From NCBI RefSeq assembly GCF_006345805.1, contig NC_043005.1, positions 2,790,001 through 2,854,000 on the forward strand: a stretch of DNA of 64,000 nt. The letters are read 5' to 3'. This DNA comes from Octopus sinensis. Lineage: Eukaryota. Made by a program: the position numbers and the translations under genes. This document shows positions 12,907 through 26,241 of this stretch, piece after piece; the stretch's first letter is position 1; the number at the start of each line of letters is the position of its first letter. A model generated the notes under the pieces. The model saw nothing but the letters and a program-made list of their open reading frames with translations, was not told the DNA's origin and searched no databases.

Positions 12907-14129
12907 GTACTGTTGCTGAATATCTCGCGTTGTGAGATTTAAAAATAGTAATTTTCTTAGCTTCATTTTGCCTGAGTGGTTGGCGCAAGAACAGAGATCC
13001 TCCTATAAAAACATTTGCTGCAATAAATAATTCGCCCCACTTCTGTAAGCAGGGAAAAACCAGATCTGACTATAAAAGATTGGAAGGAAAATTAAGGGGA
13101 AGTAAACGGGGCCTTCCGTGGATAGAGATACAAGACAAAGTAGGACCCCTAGTTAGGGATCTTGACTTATTGATTCTCTTTCTGGGCGGGGAGGGGAATC
13201 GACATTACATTTGCAAGTAGTTCAGCTGGATGTCATTAAATTCGAGGGGACCTAAAAACAAATGAGTCAGCTATAGGTTAAACATTTGTAACGGCTGACG
13301 TCCACTGAAGAACCATGTCTGTTCGTCTCCTCTTACTGACATTAAACAAAGGAATGTGCAGAAGTGAAGTAGATCAAGATACAGGGTTATTCTCAGACAC
13401 CCGATTAGAATATTTGCAGCAGAATAAGCTCCGCTAATGGCACCCAAAGATAAAAGGGTGGAGAAGGGGTGAAACGAGGCGACTTAGGATTATATTTATC
13501 TCAAAAATGATACAAACTTTTTGTTCCTATATCTGATTAAAAATGAACTGAATTAAAATCTGAGCACCCAATCCGTTTTAGTGACCATCAACACTAAATT
13601 GAAAAAAGTTCATTATTCTTTTAAACGGTTTGTGGAGATCAAACTTGACAATTCCTCTTTTGGGGGAATTGGTTAAACCAATCTCGCTCGAGCCTGTGAT
13701 ATTCTGGTGATAAATTGTGTATTTTGTTCAAAAATATCCAGTCAAATTAATCACACTTTTTAATTATGTAATCTACTGAGAGACCTTCGTAAGGGTTTCA
13801 GGCCGAGAGAACATTTGAAACGGTGAGCTGTGTTTACGTGTTTTTTGTAAAAAAAGGTTGGTGTAAAAATGGAAATTTGTGAAAATTGTTATTGTTGAAT
13901 ATTGCATGGCTGAACACTTGTTTTAGCTGTTTTACGGCTCAGTTGTTTTGCGATGTTCCCCTTTTGTAGGGGGCTGCGTAGTTTTATGATGTACAACTGT
14001 GAGAGTATGATCGCGTCCGAGTATTCCTCCTCAGAAGAGGAACTCTTTAGAGCGTTGGATGAATTTTACAAGGGCAGCTAAAAGCAACTAGAAAAATATT
14101 AACTTGAACCAGATTGGAAAGTTTAATGA

Positions 14130-15045
14130 ATTATTGAAAAAAGATGGAAACAATGTAAATGTGTGCCCGGACCAAGATGTCATATTAAAACAGAGGGAAA
14201 AATTGATCGTGTTTCGAATGTTCTCGGTCAAAAAATTGAAATTACGACGCAAAGTCAAATTGAAAAGGGTTTAAGGCCATATGGGGCGAAATAATGCTCA
14301 TCAATAAAGACAGGATGTACGGCATGGTGGAGGTGCAGTTCAGGGATGCAGCAATCGCCAGGCCGCACTCTGTAACCCCGCTGAAAACGAAGAAGGTAGT
14401 AATCTTACCCACCTACCTGGGAAGATGTACTTCCAGTGTGAAAGTGGAGGACACATTCCCAGAGATAAATGCAGCCTGGTTGGTAGATGAGTTTCTGCTA
14501 GGCTTGGAGGAGAAAGTGGTGGTCCTCCAAACCACGTGCATGACCCATAACAACTGGCAGGAGCAAGAGCTGGAGTTATTTATTCAAGCAAATCCAGAAG
14601 AGACATTGAAAATATAATTGAAACCATCACTGTGGAAGATGTAGTACTGAGGGTTAAAGTGGAGGGCAGAATCCCTAAGTGTTATCAATGTGGCCCAAAG
14701 AGTCACATTAGGGTTGACTGCCCCTCACCACCCGCTGACACCAAAGACAAGAAGGATACCGCACCTCCGCCTCCACCAGAAACCAACACGGAGACAACAC
14801 CAAAGGATGTAAGAGAAGAAGAAGGATGGGAAAAGATGGAAAAAAGGAGAAAAAAAGGAAGACACAAAATGGCAGTGATGAGTCCTACCTCACGACCACC
14901 CAGCTCCCACCCAAGCTCACTTTGTCACACCTTCCCCTGCAACCACCGGTCCTCTCCTACCCCGGCCGACATGGAAAAAACTTGCGTGTACTCACAGGTG
15001 TCCCAAAACTCCCCGTAAAATAAAAAAAAAGAAAAGAAAAAATAA
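14130..15045 (+). mobile_element. L1/Tx1-type ORF1 (gag-like, zinc knuckle), disrupted, followed by an A-rich tract
   Basis: ORFs 14294-14617 and 14632-15018 contain the CCHC knuckle CYQCGPKSHIRVDC after LRVKVEGRIPK. An upstream fragment reads ILKQREKLIVFRMFS. The A-rich run lies at 15017-15045. Confidence 0.65.
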
Positions 15046-15161
15046 GAATATTATTAATTTGTTACGAACTAACAAATGAAAAACTGTTAACGGAAATCAA
15101 GAGCTGGGAAAGCAGAACATTGGTAAATGTTTGGAATGAAATCGCCACACATTTGGCATGT

Positions 15162-15213
<52 letters not shown>

Positions 15214-16473
15214 AATTATTGTATGCAGTGCTCGGGTGCACCACAAGCAATAATCGAGGCAAATGTTAAGAAGAAATTGGAGAAGTACGAAGACAAGGTG
15301 AAATACGTTGAAATAAAAATAGAGAAAAGAGAAACTGCTTTTATGATTAGCGCAGCAAATTTGAATAAAAACTTTAATATTAATGTTTGTGAATACTTTA
15401 AAGAAATAATCAAAAGTGAAACGATGGCGCTGGGATGCGCGGTCGAGCGTCATCGTTACATCTTTCATTTTTCTATTTCACACTTTCATCCGTTTTTCAC
15501 CTACCCACACGTTTGTCTTGTATTGTCCCTTCTGTATTTGACCCCTTGCGGGTAAAAAAGAAATAGTAAAGGTTTCAGACCTTATGCATCTAGGATTGTA
15601 TTATTTAATGTGCCCTTCATTTTTTTAACGATAGAGTACATAACTTAAGGGATTTAGCTACTGTTTCTAGTAAGTTAGGTGACAAATGACGTCGACATGC
15701 GAATTAATCATTTATATTTTTGGAATTTTTCCATCTAATTTCCAAAATCTTTTTGTTTCCTGACTGAAAACATAATTTTTATAGATAACAATATTTCTAC
15801 TGTTATTTTCCCATACTTTTCAGAAATGCGACAATAGTTGAATGGCTTCTACCGCCTCTAATTCGGCAGGTTTTCATAATTACAAAACATTTTTGTTAAT
15901 AAAAACACACTCATTTCTAAAGTAGTTTTTAAAAAAGTACCTACAATCTGAGACATTTCATTAAAATTAGGAGGGACACATTTTTACTTTACACCGTCAT
16001 ACTTGATACCGTTTCTGGTCTTTGTTATAGAAAATAAAAATCGCTTTTATAAATTAAATAAAGCTTCAATAGGCAATACAGCCGTGACCATCCCATCTTT
16101 TATTATATTTCAGACAGTTTGAATTATTAATCTGTTCTGTCAGCTGAAGGACCCAGCAACGTTCCCAAATATATTTGTTGTTAAAAGAAAACCTTGTTTC
16201 AACCAGTGAGGTTTACTTATATTTAAATTCAAACTCAATCTGAAAATCGATCACGAATAAAATCAAAATTACAAGTAAATTATTACGTTTTTTGTTTGTT
16301 TTTGTAAAAGTAAATTCGATCAAGAAACAATTGTTGGGTCGAAAAACGAAATGGACGGATTTAAATAAAGGATTTGGCAAGTTTACCACAAAGAAAACCC
16401 ACAAAGAAGTTACCAAGTTATTAAAAGACTAAAATAATGCAAACAAAATTCCTTTTAAAATATACCGAATATA

Positions 16474-16747
16474 GGTACCACTTGAGAACAGTGGTCCCGG
16501 TGCGCGCACTCGCGCATCCGCACTAGCTAGTCATGACTAGTCGATCCCTACTTTATGTTTTTGTTATTTACTTTGTTTAAAAAATTATTTTGTGTTTTTG
16601 TGTTTTATTTACTTTGTTTAACAAAAATTATTTACTTTGTGTAAAGAAAATATTTATTTTGTGTTTTGGGTGGTCGTTGTAGGATCGACTAGTCACGACT
16701 AGCTAGCGCGAGTGCGCGCACCGGGACCACTGTTCTCAAGTAGTACC
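16474..16747. mobile_element. MITE with long CpG-rich terminal inverted repeats, just upstream of EED
   Basis: The left arm ggtaccacttgagaacagtggtcccggtgcgcgcactcgcgc..ctagctagtcatgactagtcgatcc (16474-~16551) pairs with the right arm (~16679-16747) with one ~7-nt indel and 2 mismatches. The AT-rich core has short tandem repeats. The flanks are consistent with a TA or GTAC target duplication. Confidence 0.85.
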
Positions 16748-16875
16748 CCAAATATATATAGAAGTAATTAAGATACTGAAATAATGCCAAATAAATTTAA
16801 ACTCTCGAAATCGGCGACGAAAGAAGCGAGATGGAGTTTGAAGAAGGGAGACGAGCCGAAAGCGTGGGACTCGGG

Positions 16876-16886
16876 TTTCCCGCGCC
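16876..16886 (+). promoter_or_regulatory. E2F-type site TTTCCCGCGCC in the EED promoter
   Basis: Matches the TTTSSCGC consensus and lies 70-80 bp upstream of the ATG. Confidence 0.55.
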
Positions 16887-16903
16887 GAGAGAAAGCCGGT
16901 GAT

Positions 16904-16913
16904 GTCACGTGAC
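16904..16913. promoter_or_regulatory. Palindromic E-box GTCACGTGAC (USF/TFE-MiT/CLEAR type)
   Basis: A perfect 10-bp palindrome 43-52 bp upstream of the EED ATG. Confidence 0.55.
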
Positions 16914-16955
16914 CAGCTTTCGTTTTCATTTGTTGTTGTTGTTGTTGTTGTCAAG

Positions 16956-17042
16956 ATGTCGGACAGCGAAGGAAGCAGCACTTTGTCCGGCTCGAAACGG
17001 CCCAGGCACTCTTTGTCTCAGGATGGATCTGGCGATGACAAT
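16956..17042 (+). CDS. EED: EED exon 1 ([29 protein letters not shown])
   Basis: ATG in aagATG context, 87 nt, donor gtaggt, in phase with exon 2. The N-terminus is poorly conserved, so this exon is less certain than the others. Confidence 0.75.
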
Positions 17043-17238
17043 GTAGGTAGAAATGTAGCAAAAAAAGCACAAATCGTTATTTGCGTATTTCTTCATTTCC
17101 CAACGAGATTCTCTCTCAAACTTTCTCCTTCTTTACACATTCACGCCTCAACTGTATATATATATAATAAGCACCCCCCCCCGAATATATACACACATAT
17201 ATGCATATATATATATATACACACATATATATACACAC

Positions 17239-17328
<90 letters not shown>

Positions 17329-20300
17329 TATATACACATATAAAAGTAAATAAATGGCACAACGAAGTACCGATATTTACTGGAAAATAGCGAACGTAAT
17401 ACACACACACACAAATATATATATATATCATTTCATCTAGTTTCAGCTCAAGAGCTGTGGCCATGCTGGGGCACCGCCATATACGTACATATTTATATAA
17501 ATCTGTGTGCTCACACACACCTCATCGCGTGGTTTGTTTTTCTTTTATTAAGTTTGTTTCCAAGTCTTCGTTTCTTTATTTAATCTTAATTATTCTTTTA
17601 TTAATTTTCCGTTTTAAATATCTTCTCTGACATTAAGAATTACGAAAGATTATCTTTAATCTCTAATGAGTCTCCGTAAAATGCTGGAGGCCAACTAAAC
17701 GATGCGGTTTCAAATCCTGGCCTTGTCCGTGTTTTTGGGATCATTCCAACATTTGTCGTCTTCAATGTGAATTTTTATGTTTAAACTGTTATTCATTAAT
17801 AAGGTCGACTTTACCTCTCATCCTTTCGGGGTCGGTGAGATAAGGTCCAGTTGAGCACTGAGGTCGATATAATCGACTGACCCCCTCCTCCAGAATTCCA
17901 GACCTTGGGCGTAGAGTAGAAAAATCGGATCTTGTGAATTTTCCGAAAATCCCCCACCCAGGGGCGTCAGCGCGCATTTTTGTTTATTTTTGCATATTCG
18001 TTTTCTACATGTTAACACCCACCAAACTGATTTATTATTATTATTTTTTTTTTGTTCCCGGACAAAGATCTTTATATTGACCAATTATGCAGTCACTAAA
18101 TCTGCTATAAATATTCCTTTCTACTCTAGGCACAAGGCCCGAAATTTTGTGGGCGGGGGCCAGTCGATTAGATCGACTCCAGTACGCAACTGGTACTTAA
18201 TTCATCGATCCCGAAAAGATGAAAGGCAAAGTCGACCTCTGTGGAATTTAAACTCAGAACGTAAAGACAGACGAAATACCTATTTCTTTACTACCCACAA
18301 GGGGCTAAACACAGAGGGGACAAACAAGGACAAACATAGGTATTAAGTCGATTACATCGACCCCAGTGTGTAACTGGTACTTAATTTATCGACCCCGAAA
18401 GGATGAAAGGCAACGTCGACCTCGGCGGAATTTGAACTCACAACGTAACGGCAGACGAAATACCACAAAGCATTTCGCCCGGCGTGCTACTCAATCTGCT
18501 GTAAATAGCAACCAACTCTCCCTTAAATCGCAAAGGACACATTAGATAATGTTCGTGCACACCGTCGTGACTGACCTCTGTTTAAAAACTAACAGAATTA
18601 TTTGATACAAAGGCAAGGTGCTTAGTCTAGGACAAACGGGTCTATGGAGGTTTCGACTTCTAGTCGGAACCTTTATGTCTGTTTCCATTGCATCAAAACA
18701 TCTTCATTTTTATTTTCACCCAAAATATCTGAGGTTCCATAAGTAATTTATAAAGCAAGAATAAGTTTTGTCCGAGTTGTATTAAAATGTTTAATATGTC
18801 TCGCATTAAGCTGAAGAAATTATTACCAAATATTTTGGATCCATTGGAAACCTTGTTCAATCCCCGCTAGTCTTAGCTTCACAAAACCAAACCTTTTGAT
18901 TGTCTTAGAATATTGGTTTTTGTTTTTTGGGAAGGCATTTAACCAAAATTCTTTATAGTTTCAAGATCTCTTGACGTTGCCACTAATTATCTCCCTTCTT
19001 TCCTAACTTTCTGTCAGTTTTTTTTTTTTCAGTAGAAACTTCCTCTCTCTCTCTCTCTCTCTCCCGGATGAGAAAGCACTTCAGGCTAACTTCCACTACT
19101 GGCAGTAGAAGTCCATTTTTCCATGCTTGCATAGGTTGGGGTGAGTCGCCTTCAGCAGTAGCGTCTGGCCACTTGTTGCAGTCCCTTCAGCTTCCTGAGA
19201 TAAAACTTCAACCACTTCTTCCAATGTCTCTCTTTTGCTTTTCCTCTTCGACTGTTCCTTATTATTTCGATTGATGCTTCATGTCCCCCCCTCTTACACC
19301 TCAAATATTCAGACCAAAGCATTTTTCTTACTAATAAACTTCACATCTGATTCGACCCAATTTTTGTCTGTGCTTCTACCATTCATGTACTCTAACCTTT
19401 TACATGCTTGCCTCCTTCTTGTCGTCCCTTTTCACATCTTCCATAATCCCCATATTCTAATGCCATACACCCCTAATACAGCCTATTCTACAGTTGAAGA
19501 AAATAATTCCTTTGTTGTGGAAAGAATAATTCTCTGAAAAGTTTCCACACTTTGCTTACTCTATCATGTCTTTGCAACTCTCTGCCATTGCTTGTTTTGG
19601 AACCGAGGTGCTGGAAGTTAACAACTTATACAGTACCCTCACAGAATTTGAAATGTTGGTGTTATTTAAAAAGCACCCATGCTAGTTCCTCCTACAAAAT
19701 TCTTGTACTGGTTCCAAGTCTAAAGCACTTGTACTGGTGCTGTGTAAATAGCACCCAGCACACTCTGTGAAGTGGTTGGTGTTAGGAAGGGTATCCAGCC
19801 ATAGAAGCCATGCCAAAACACACAACTGGGGCCTGGTGCAGCTCTCCAGCCATGTTTGCTCCTGTCAAACCATCCAGTCAGTGCCAGCATGGAAAATGGA
19901 CATGGAATCATGATGGTGATTTTACTGCTAATTATTCTTGTATCATCATCATTTAGCATCCGTTGTCCATCCTGGCATGGGTTGGATGATTTGACCAGGG
20001 CTGGCAAGCTGGAGGGCTGCTCCAGACTCCAGTCTGATTTGGCATGGTTTCATCAGCACAGGTGCCCTTCATAACGCCAACCACTCCGAGAGTGTAATGG
20101 GGTCTTTTATGTGTCACCGGCACAGGTGCCATTTCCGTGACACCAATATCTGCCACAATTACAATTTCGCTCAGCTTGATGGGTCTTCTTAAGCATGACA
20201 TAATGCCAAACGTATCAGTCATTGCCTCATCCTCCTCAAATCATTCCTTACTGTCTTGGAAGTTGGTTCCAAAGACAAATATACCCATATATGGTACATT

Positions 20301-22670
20301 ATTACGAACATTGACATGTTCATAATAACCTTATTGTTTTTTTTTATGGATCCAGTTTTGGATATCTGGAAAATCTTCTGTTTGTTGCAGACTAAAAGAT
20401 CCGAGCGTAAATACTTTGACCATCTGCTGTCATCATGTAACAGGTTTTTTAATCATTTGTTGGTTAAATTGTTCATTAAACAACATTGTCTTATTTCTGA
20501 TAAAACCTGGCATGTTTGTCTAAACAACTTGTCAAAGACTTCTGTTGGAAATGGGTCTCAGTTCATTGAAGAATGGTACCTATGAGGGACCAGTGCCCTA
20601 GTCAGGAGTCATTCACCTCTCATCTGCTTAAAACCAGACCTAAGTCATCAAAGGTGTCATCGTGTGTTGAATATTTCGACTGCATTCATGACACAAACAG
20701 CAAAAGACTTCCAGATGAAGCGGGAGTTTTCTCCCACTGGATGAAACTACAGCTTTGCTTCATCTCGACTCTCTCATAATGTTTTCTTGACAGAGATACT
20801 GGGTTGGTATGTCATTGCCTTCCCCAATTCAAGGGCCATCGGTTTACAATGAGTTCATCTGGATATTTTAATCCTGTTGGGTGTCCAGACCCCCCACCCC
20901 TCGCAACTATAGCGAGCCACTCAAGTAGGGGAGCCAATTTAATTGCTGACCACCTGACTATGAAACAGGTAGAACTGGTCCACGTGGTACCAGTAACAAG
21001 TCTCATCAGCCTGTGATGAGATTCCTGACCTAAGTTTTAGAGTTAAGTACTGGTCCTTAAAAGTTCCTTGAGTTGCAGACGACATTTACATATACTGTAA
21101 GCAGTCGGAGCACTGTGTAACTGTTGTGTGTTTCATTGCATTGCTGAGTTTTATACCTTGTAAGTGTTGTCTGGAGAGAGATGGTCTCCCCACAGTCTAG
21201 AGAAGCACTGTATGGAGACAGTGTTGGTGGCAGAGGTGTTATTTGAAGATCAGGCTTTTTAACCCTGTGAATGCCACACCATATTCTTGTTTCCTTTTCA
21301 TTAATTTTACCAAACGAAGTATGATTTATTCTTCATTTTCTTTTCTTTTTCTGTTGACAGGATGACATGTCGAGTACAACCAGTGCCACAATAGATGACA
21401 CAATTCCAAGTGAGACTCCACCACAGAACAATACTCGCCGCTACGGACGAGGAAAGAATCGGTTTCGAAAATCCAAACTTCAGTATAAGCTTGTAAATTA
21501 TTTAAAAGTAAGTGAAGAATTTTTTTTAGCATTTTTATTGATTAATGCAATATCAAAATTGTTCTTGATTGATTGATTGATCATTGTCCTCATTGAATGC
21601 CCCTCCTCCATGCTGGCATAAGTTGGATGGTTTGACAGCAGCTGGCAAGCCAGAGCATTGCACCACACTCCAATTGTCTCTTTTGGCATGGTATCTAGGC
21701 TGGATGGCCTTCTTAATGCCAACCACTTTACAGAGTGTATTCAGTGCTTTTTTACATGGCACCAGAATTTCAATAATTACTTATTGTTGGGAAAGAAAAA
21801 ACCAAACTACTCTTGTCTCTGTTATTTGGTCATCAATTGGTTACCAGAATGAAGGCGTGGCATTAATTAACTTCTGCTTGTTAATAAGTAGACTAAAAGA
21901 ACCTGATGTGTTTGATAATTAGGGTGTGGGTCACATTTTAGTGCTTGCCACAAAAAAAGTTAACAACAAAGGCTCTTGTTGGATAGGAAGTTTGGGACAA
22001 ATTGGCCAAAAGTTGGAATTCAACTTGGGGCTGGAACAGTAGAATGATTGCATTACAGAATTAATTCTAATCCATCCTTAGCCTCTGATCAAACACCACT
22101 GGGGCACAGAGTCATTGTAGACGTATTATAATCATGCTATTTAGCTCTCTTAAAAACTCTGAAACACAATATTATGTTGGAAGCAACATGTTGAGGCTTT
22201 GAGAGCCATCTGTAACTCAGCAGCCACAGTTTGGCCTTTGTTGCAGTATGATATTAAGATAGTAAATATTTTACAGTTTAATCTCATTAGAAAAATACTC
22301 ATTTGGTTTCCTTTCAATGAAAGGATGTTCACTAATTTAATGTTGTACTACAGTGTTGGCCAAACTGTGGCTCTTAAGAAGAAAACATATATTACGTAGC
22401 TCCATTTCTCCATTCATCCATCTATTTTATGTGCTTTCCCCAATAAACTTGCATTCATGTTTGAAGCTATTGGGTGATACATAAACATTCAACTTTAAAT
22501 GCACTGCGCCTTATAGCAGAAACGACTGTAAGCTAATGCAGTTTGTGACATAATTTCTTCTTACCACTCTCTGCTTGATTGATGCTTTGTTCTAAAGCGT
22601 TTGTCTATTGAATTCTAATGCCAGGTTATTAGCATTGCCATACCTAAGCGAAATATCCATCCATCTCTCT

Positions 22671-22734
<64 letters not shown>

Positions 22735-25700
22735 CGTAGTCAGTACCGCGGCCGTAGTCAGTACCGCATCACCGGCCATCCGATCATGGCCGTTCGCCAG
22801 CCTCATCTAGCACCTGTGTCGGTGGCACATAAAAACACCATCCGAAGACCCGGCAAGACTAGTCAGGCCATAACCCATGGCCCCTACCTGGGACGTAGTC
22901 AGTCCACCTGTGCATACCTTCCTTCTTGTGACACTTGTGAAGACCTGTTGAGGCAAGTGAAAATCAATCAAAACAAATCAAAATAGATGAACATCAATGG
23001 AATCTGTATCTTTGTGGTACCAGTGCCGGTGGCACACACTTTGTGGTACCAGTGCCGGTGGCACACATGAGAACCATCCGAACGTGGCCGTAGCCAGTTC
23101 CGCATCGACCGGCCTCCGTGCTGTGGGCACGTAACAAACACCATCCGATCATGGCCATTCGCCAGCCTCATCTGGCACCTGTGTCGGTGGACATAAAAAC
23201 ACCTTCCGAAGACCCGGCAAGACTAGTCGTCCACCTGTGCATACCTTCCTTCCTTCTTGTGACACTTGTGAAGACCGGTTGAGGCAAGTGAAAATCAAAT
23301 CAAATCAAATCAAAATAGACAAATAGATGAACATCAATGGAATTTGTATCTTGTGGTACCAGTGCCTGTGGCACACAAGAAATCCATCAGTGCCGTAGTC
23401 AGTGCGGTGGGCACATGACAAACACCATCCGATCGTGGCCGTTCGCCAGCCTCATCTAGCACCTGTGTCGGTGGCACATAAAAAACACATCCGAAGACCC
23501 GGCAAGACTAGTCAGGCCATAACCCATGGCCCCTACCTGGGACGTAGTCAGTCCACCTGTGCATACCTTCCTTCTTGTGACACTTGTGAAGACCTGTTGA
23601 GGCAAGTGAAAATCAAATCAAATCAAAACAAATCAAAATAGATGAACATCAATGGAATTTGTATCTTTGTGGTACCAGTGCCGGTGGCACGTGGCACATA
23701 AGAAAACCATCCGAACGTGGCCGTAGCCAGTACCGCATCGACTGGCCCCCGTGCTATGGGCACGTAACAAGCACCATCCGATCGTGGCCGTTTGCCAGCC
23801 TCATCTGGCACCTGTGTCGGTGGCACATAAAAACAACCATCCGAGCGTGGCCGTCTGCCAGCCTCGTCTGGCACCTGTGTCGGTGGCACATAAAAACACC
23901 ATCCGAGCGTGGCCGTCTGCCAGCCTCGTCTGGCACCTGTGTCGGTGGCACATAAAAACACCATCCGAGCGTGGCCGTCTGCCAGCCTCGTCTGGCACCT
24001 GTGTCGGTGGCACATAAAAACACCATCCGAGCGTGGCCGTTTGTCAGCCTCGTCTGGCACCTGTGTCGGTGGCACATAAAATCACCCACTACACTCTCGG
24101 AGTGGTTGGCGTTAGGAAGGGCATCCAGCTGTAGAAACACTGCCAGATCTGACTGGACTGGTGCAGCTTTCGGGCTCCCCAGACCCCAGTTGAACCGTCC
24201 AACCCATGCTAGCATGGAAAGCGGACGTTAAATGATGATGATGATGATGATGATATATTCATGCAGACACAGGTATCCTAATATGACTTTGTAGCTATAA
24301 AAATATTTATGATTCTTGAGATTTATGTTTAATGAATTAATTATGGCAGGATCATTAGTGTTAGACCAAATTCCTGGTGGTTTTTGATCCAGTGCTATAC
24401 TAAATCCCTTCAAAGTCTGCCTTTCATTCTGCTGGAAATAAAGTACGAGTCAAGTAGTGAGGTTGATGTAATCAGTTTTTCTTCTCCATCAATTTTGTGT
24501 TTTTGTGAGGAACCATTATTGTTGTTGTTGATTGTGGAATTGGTTGAGCATCTGACAAATGCCTTGTGGTATTTAGTTGGATCTCTTCATGTTCTGAGCT
24601 CAAATCCCTCTGACATTACATCTGCCTTTAAAAAGAAAGTACCAGTCAAGTACAGGGCCCACAAAAACTGATCAGTAAAGTACCACCCCTGTTTGGAGAG
24701 TATTTAAATCGATCCCTCCCCAGGTTGTGATTTTGTGTCAATGTCAGAAAGCTTTGTAACTATGACAACAACAGATGGCAGTTTTATGTCCTGAGTCCAT
24801 CCTTTTGGGGCTGATGAAATTGTTGTCAACTCTTCACTATCCTCCAACCCAAACTCCCCGCTACCCTCTACCCCACACTAATGACTCTGTGTTGTTAGGA
24901 ACTATTTGTCTGATTTTCTTTTTTTGTTTTATTCATCCAGGAAGATCATGGCCAACCCATTTTTGGTGTCCAGGTCAATTACAATCATAAAGAAGGAGAA
25001 CCAATAATCTTTGCTACGGTTGGTAGCAACAGGGTAAGGACTTCCAACCTCTTCCTTGTCTCTTGACATGCAGCTAATCTCCACTCATGGAAAGGATTCC
25101 ACAATAGCCTCCATGTTTATTTTAAAAGACAAATAACCTCATGCAGTCTTCTATTTTCCCAAGTAAATTGAGATAATGCTATGACCTATCAGTTCAATTT
25201 CTATCCAGCCATGCATTTGGTGATATTGTAGTTTCTATAAATAATATCTGCAATAAAATAGACTCCAGGCCAAGGGTTGTTCTGTGCTTGAATATTATAT
25301 GTTATGATAAACCAACCAAGTTAAAACGGGAGGAACTTTGAGTCTTGAACGAATCGCACCCAGTTTGCTTTAACCCACTTCAGTCACCACCTAAATCCTA
25401 CAAAACATCCAAAAGTGCAACATGTGAACAACCATGTGGCATTGGCTACTACATACAGTGACATGTGGCACCACCTGCAACATGCAGATGCAGTGATACT
25501 ATTCAATCCACAACATACCTGTGCACACCCCACAACTTACCGTCACTGCTTTCCCAGACAAGCCAAGACCCACACTGCTGCACTGCCTAGTCTCCAACGT
25601 ATCCCCGTTGCCATCCATCACTCTTCTTAAATACCCTCACAGCTAAATTATATATTTCTTTACTACCCACAAGGGGCTAAACACAGAGGGGACAAACAAG

Positions 25701-26200
25701 GACAGACAGACGGATTCAGTCGATTACATCGACCCCACTGCGTAAGGATGAAAGGCAAAGTTGACCTCAGCGGAATTTGAACTCACAACGTAACGGCAGA
25801 CAAAATACCGCTTAGCATTTTCGTCTGGCGTGCTAACGATTCTGCCAGCTCGCTGCCTTCCACACAGCCAAATTATAGTTTATATAATATACCCAGCTTA
25901 TCATCTTGCTTATGACAGAAGCTGTCCCCCCCCTCTCACTCTCTATCCCAAACAGTGTTCTTCGCATTAATTCTAACACTTCACAATATGGTCTCATTGC
26001 TGCCACACTCTCTTTTAATATTCTTTCTTTAAAATGTAATAATCACAGGAATGGCTGTGTGGTAAGAAGCTTGCTTCCCAACCACATGGTTCTCGGTTCA
26101 GTCCCATTGCTTAGCACCTTGGGCAACTGCCTTCTACTATAGCCACAGGCCAACCAAAGCCTTCTGAATGGATTTGGTAGACAGACACTGAAAGAAGCTG

Positions 26201-26241
<41 letters not shown>

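Noticed and set aside
15050-15555. Lys/Glu-rich ORF pieces around a (TAA)n run
   Set aside because: Not recognised. Probably a decayed repeat, but I cannot support a call.
16899-17390. 163-aa single-exon ORF
   Set aside because: It is EED exon 1 reading through its donor into intronic microsatellite.
20560-21040. GC-richer block in EED intron 1 that may be a LINE remnant
   Set aside because: No diagnostic motif could be identified in any frame.
23772-24080. 62-bp regularly spaced units resembling a CRISPR array
   Set aside because: The units are contiguous tandem copies with no unique spacers, no cas genes are present, and the context is a eukaryotic intron.
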